DNA of 61,612 bases, counting the filler. It is 3 parts of 3 records of this genome, joined end to end, with 100 filler letters (N's around TTAATTAATTAA, not from the genome) between each part and the next. Parts side by side here need not be neighbours in the genome. Positions count along the whole stretch, not along the records: positions 43,592 to 61,612 come from SRR22947727_731; 2 more parts are not named here. The stretch is one strand, 5' to 3'. Positions 59,999-61,612 of this stretch are shown here, piece by piece. The notes beneath the pieces were generated by a model that did no database searches, had not been told where the DNA came from, and was given only the letters and a program-made list of their open reading frames with translations. A program made the translations under genes and the position numbers. The number at the start of each line of letters is the position of its first letter. The stretch's first letter is position 1.

Positions 59999-61612
59999 GT
60001 TCAGTTTTATTAAATAAGGGGCAAGATTCGTTTTTAACAAAGCAAATAGATTACAACCCATTTCCTGGATTAAGGCCATTTACCCCCAACGAAAGCCATT
60101 TATTCTTTGGTAGAGAGGGACAAAGCGAAGAAATTCTTGAAAAATTATCTGACAACAAATTTGTTGCAGTAGTTGGAACTTCTGGTAGTGGGAAATCTTC
60201 ATTAATGTATTGTGGCGTATTGCCAATATTGCATGCGGGTTTTGTTAAGGGTGCCGGCTCTAATTGGGAAATCATTACTACCCGACCAGGATCTGGACCA
60301 ATTGGTAATTTAGCAGAGGCCATATTACAAAATAAATCAGATACTGGCCGACAAAATAAAAATTATACCGAAGAGTTGGCATTGAACAGTGCTGTTTTGA
60401 GGTCTAGTTCAAATGGTCTTATAGATATTGCTTCACAATTTGGAAAGGATAAAAGCATATTAGTTGTAGTCGATCAATTTGAAGAACTTTTTAGGTTTAA
60501 AAATTCCCAAGATAAAAACGCGATTAATGAATCCTTAGCTTTTGTAAAGCTTTTGTTAAATGCGGTAAAGGATAAAAACTCAAAAATATACGTTGTACTA
60601 ACGATGCGTTCTGATTTTATTGGCGACTGTGCTCAATTTCAGGAATTAACAGAACTCATTAACGATAGTCAGTACCTTATTCCGAGGATGACACGTGAAG
60701 ATGTTCAAAATGCAATTAAGGGACCAATTGCTGTTGGTGGTGGTAAGATTTCTAACCGCTTAACCAATCAGTTACTAAATGAAATTGGAGACAACCAAGA
60801 TCAACTCCCAATTTTGCAACACGCCTTAATGCGAACATGGGATTATTGGTCAAAGTATAAAGCGGAAGGAGAAGTTATTGATATTCCGCACTACGAGTCT
60901 ATCGGTAGGATGGAAAAAGCACTTTCCGAACACGCCAATGAGGCTTTTGATGAATTAACTCCAGAAGGCAAAGACATTTGTCAAAACTTATTTAAAACCC
61001 TTACCGAAAAAGGTTCGGAAAATAGAGGGACGCGAAGACCTACTGTGGTAAAAGAAATTGCTGAAATTGCCATTTGTGATCCGACACAGATTATAGAAAT
61101 TTTTGAGAATTTTAGTCAAACTGGCAGATCTTTTTTAACCTCCAGTGATCAAGTAATTACGCCAAGTTCTGTAATTGATATCTCCCACGAGAGTTTAATG
61201 AGAATTTGGGATCGATTAATTGCTTGGGTTGAAGAAGAGTCTGGGGCGGTTTCGATGTATCTTAAGTTATCTGAATCTGCGGCCCTTTACCAAGTTGGTA
61301 AAACGGGTTTATGGAGACCGCCAGATCTTCAACTAGCTACCAAATGGAAAGAATTAAAAAAGCCAACATTAACTTGGGCGGTAAGACATGATATCGCTTT
61401 TGAAAGAACAATGTCTTTCTTAACGGCTAGTGTTTTAGACCACGAGGCTGAAGAGTTAAATAAAATTAAACTTCAAAAAAAGGCTTTAAGAAGATCGCGT
61501 ATATTCGCAATCGTACTTGGTACAGCGGCCATTATTTTGATGTTCATATTGGTTTGGGCCATCCTACAAAAGGTTAAAGCCGATAAACTAACCATTGAAG
61601 CAAATGAACAGC
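59995..61612 (+). CDS. nSTAND1-type STAND NTPase with TM helix, 3'-truncated (not in ORF track)
   Basis: My translation from ATG 59995: NPFPGLRPF..ESHLFFGRE, Walker A GTSGSGKSS, Walker B VVVDQFEELF, LTMRSDF, LPILQHAL, ISHESLMRIWDRL, then KKALRRSR and TM IFAIVLGTAAIILMFILVWAIL; open to the window end. Confidence 0.92.
   Translation, partial: MSSVLLNKGQDSFLTKQIDYNPFPGLRPFTPNESHLFFGREGQSEEILEKLSDNKFVAVVGTSGSGKSSLMYCGVLPILHAGFVKGAGSNWEIITTRPGSGPIGNLAEAILQNKSDTGRQNKNYTEELALNSAVLRSSSNGLIDIASQFGKDKSILVVVDQFEELFRFKNSQDKNAINESLAFVKLLLNAVKDKNSKIYVVLTMRSDFIGDCAQFQELTELINDSQYLIPRMTREDVQNAIKGPIAVGGGKISNRLTNQLLNEIGDNQDQLPILQHALMRTWDYWSKYKAEGEVIDIPHYESIGRMEKALSEHANEAFDELTPEGKDICQNLFKTLTEKGSENRGTRRPTVVKEIAEIAICDPTQIIEIFENFSQTGRSFLTSSDQVITPSSVIDISHESLMRIWDRLIAWVEEESGAVSMYLKLSESAALYQVGKTGLWRPPDLQLATKWKELKKPTLTWAVRHDIAFERTMSFLTASVLDHEAEELNKIKLQKKALRRSRIFAIVLGTAAIILMFILVWAILQKVKADKLTIEANEQ

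Noticed and set aside
931-60323. Many short antisense or overlapping ORFs in the track (e.g. 931-1224, 5709-6029, 6553-6900, 19911-20228, 31735-32142, 48239-48565, 60051-60323)
   Set aside because: They lie opposite or inside well-supported genes, show antisense-shadow composition and carry no motifs.
59995-61612. Calling the STAND gene a known Avs/NLR anti-phage system
   Set aside because: No N-terminal nuclease, SIR2 or protease effector, a TM helix is present, and there is no defence-island context; function left open.
1-61612. CRISPR arrays, tRNA/rRNA genes, IS elements, integrases, prophage
   Set aside because: None recognised by eye; intergenic gaps are short and show no repeat-spacer periodicity or cloverleaf motifs. 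No tRNA or CRISPR scan was run.

Overview
The window is not one continuous genome segment. It is three contigs joined by identical 100-bp artificial spacers (44 N + TTAATTAATTAA + 44 N) at 21728-21827 and 43492-43591. Contigs 1 and 2 (1-21727, 21828-43491) look like an AT-rich, compact Betaproteobacterium, most plausibly an OM43/Methylopumilus-like Methylophilaceae. Contig 1 carries pqqBCDE with no adjacent pqqA, gyrA-serC-pheA-hisC-aroF, and truA-trpFBA-accD-folC-dedD-cvpA-purF-metZ, with a SAM-II-type riboswitch in front of metZ. Contig 2 carries tsf-rpsB / map-glnD and a ~16-kb divergent locus around an SdhR-type GntR regulator. That locus joins sdhCDABE, malic enzyme, class I fumarase, an acyl-CoA ligase, three CitE-superfamily enzymes, mesaconyl-CoA hydratase and prpBCD. 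Contig 3 (43592-61612) looks like a Bacteroidetes (TAnnTTTG promoters, Bacteroidetes-type GlmM) and carries clpB, iscS, glmM, TPR-comA-rhodanese-DUF368 and yhhQ. It ends in a tightly coupled operon: Npt/TLC-like transporter-HEAT fusion, HAMP-PP2C (SpoIIE) receptor phosphatase, a protein with tandem degenerate TIR/DUF4062-like domains, and a membrane-anchored nSTAND1 NTPase that is missing from the ORF track and truncated by the window end. The two best candidates for an undescribed system are this NLR-like signalling operon and a possible citramalate/mesaconate-methylcitrate hybrid carbon pathway. All calls rest on motif recognition; no searches were run.
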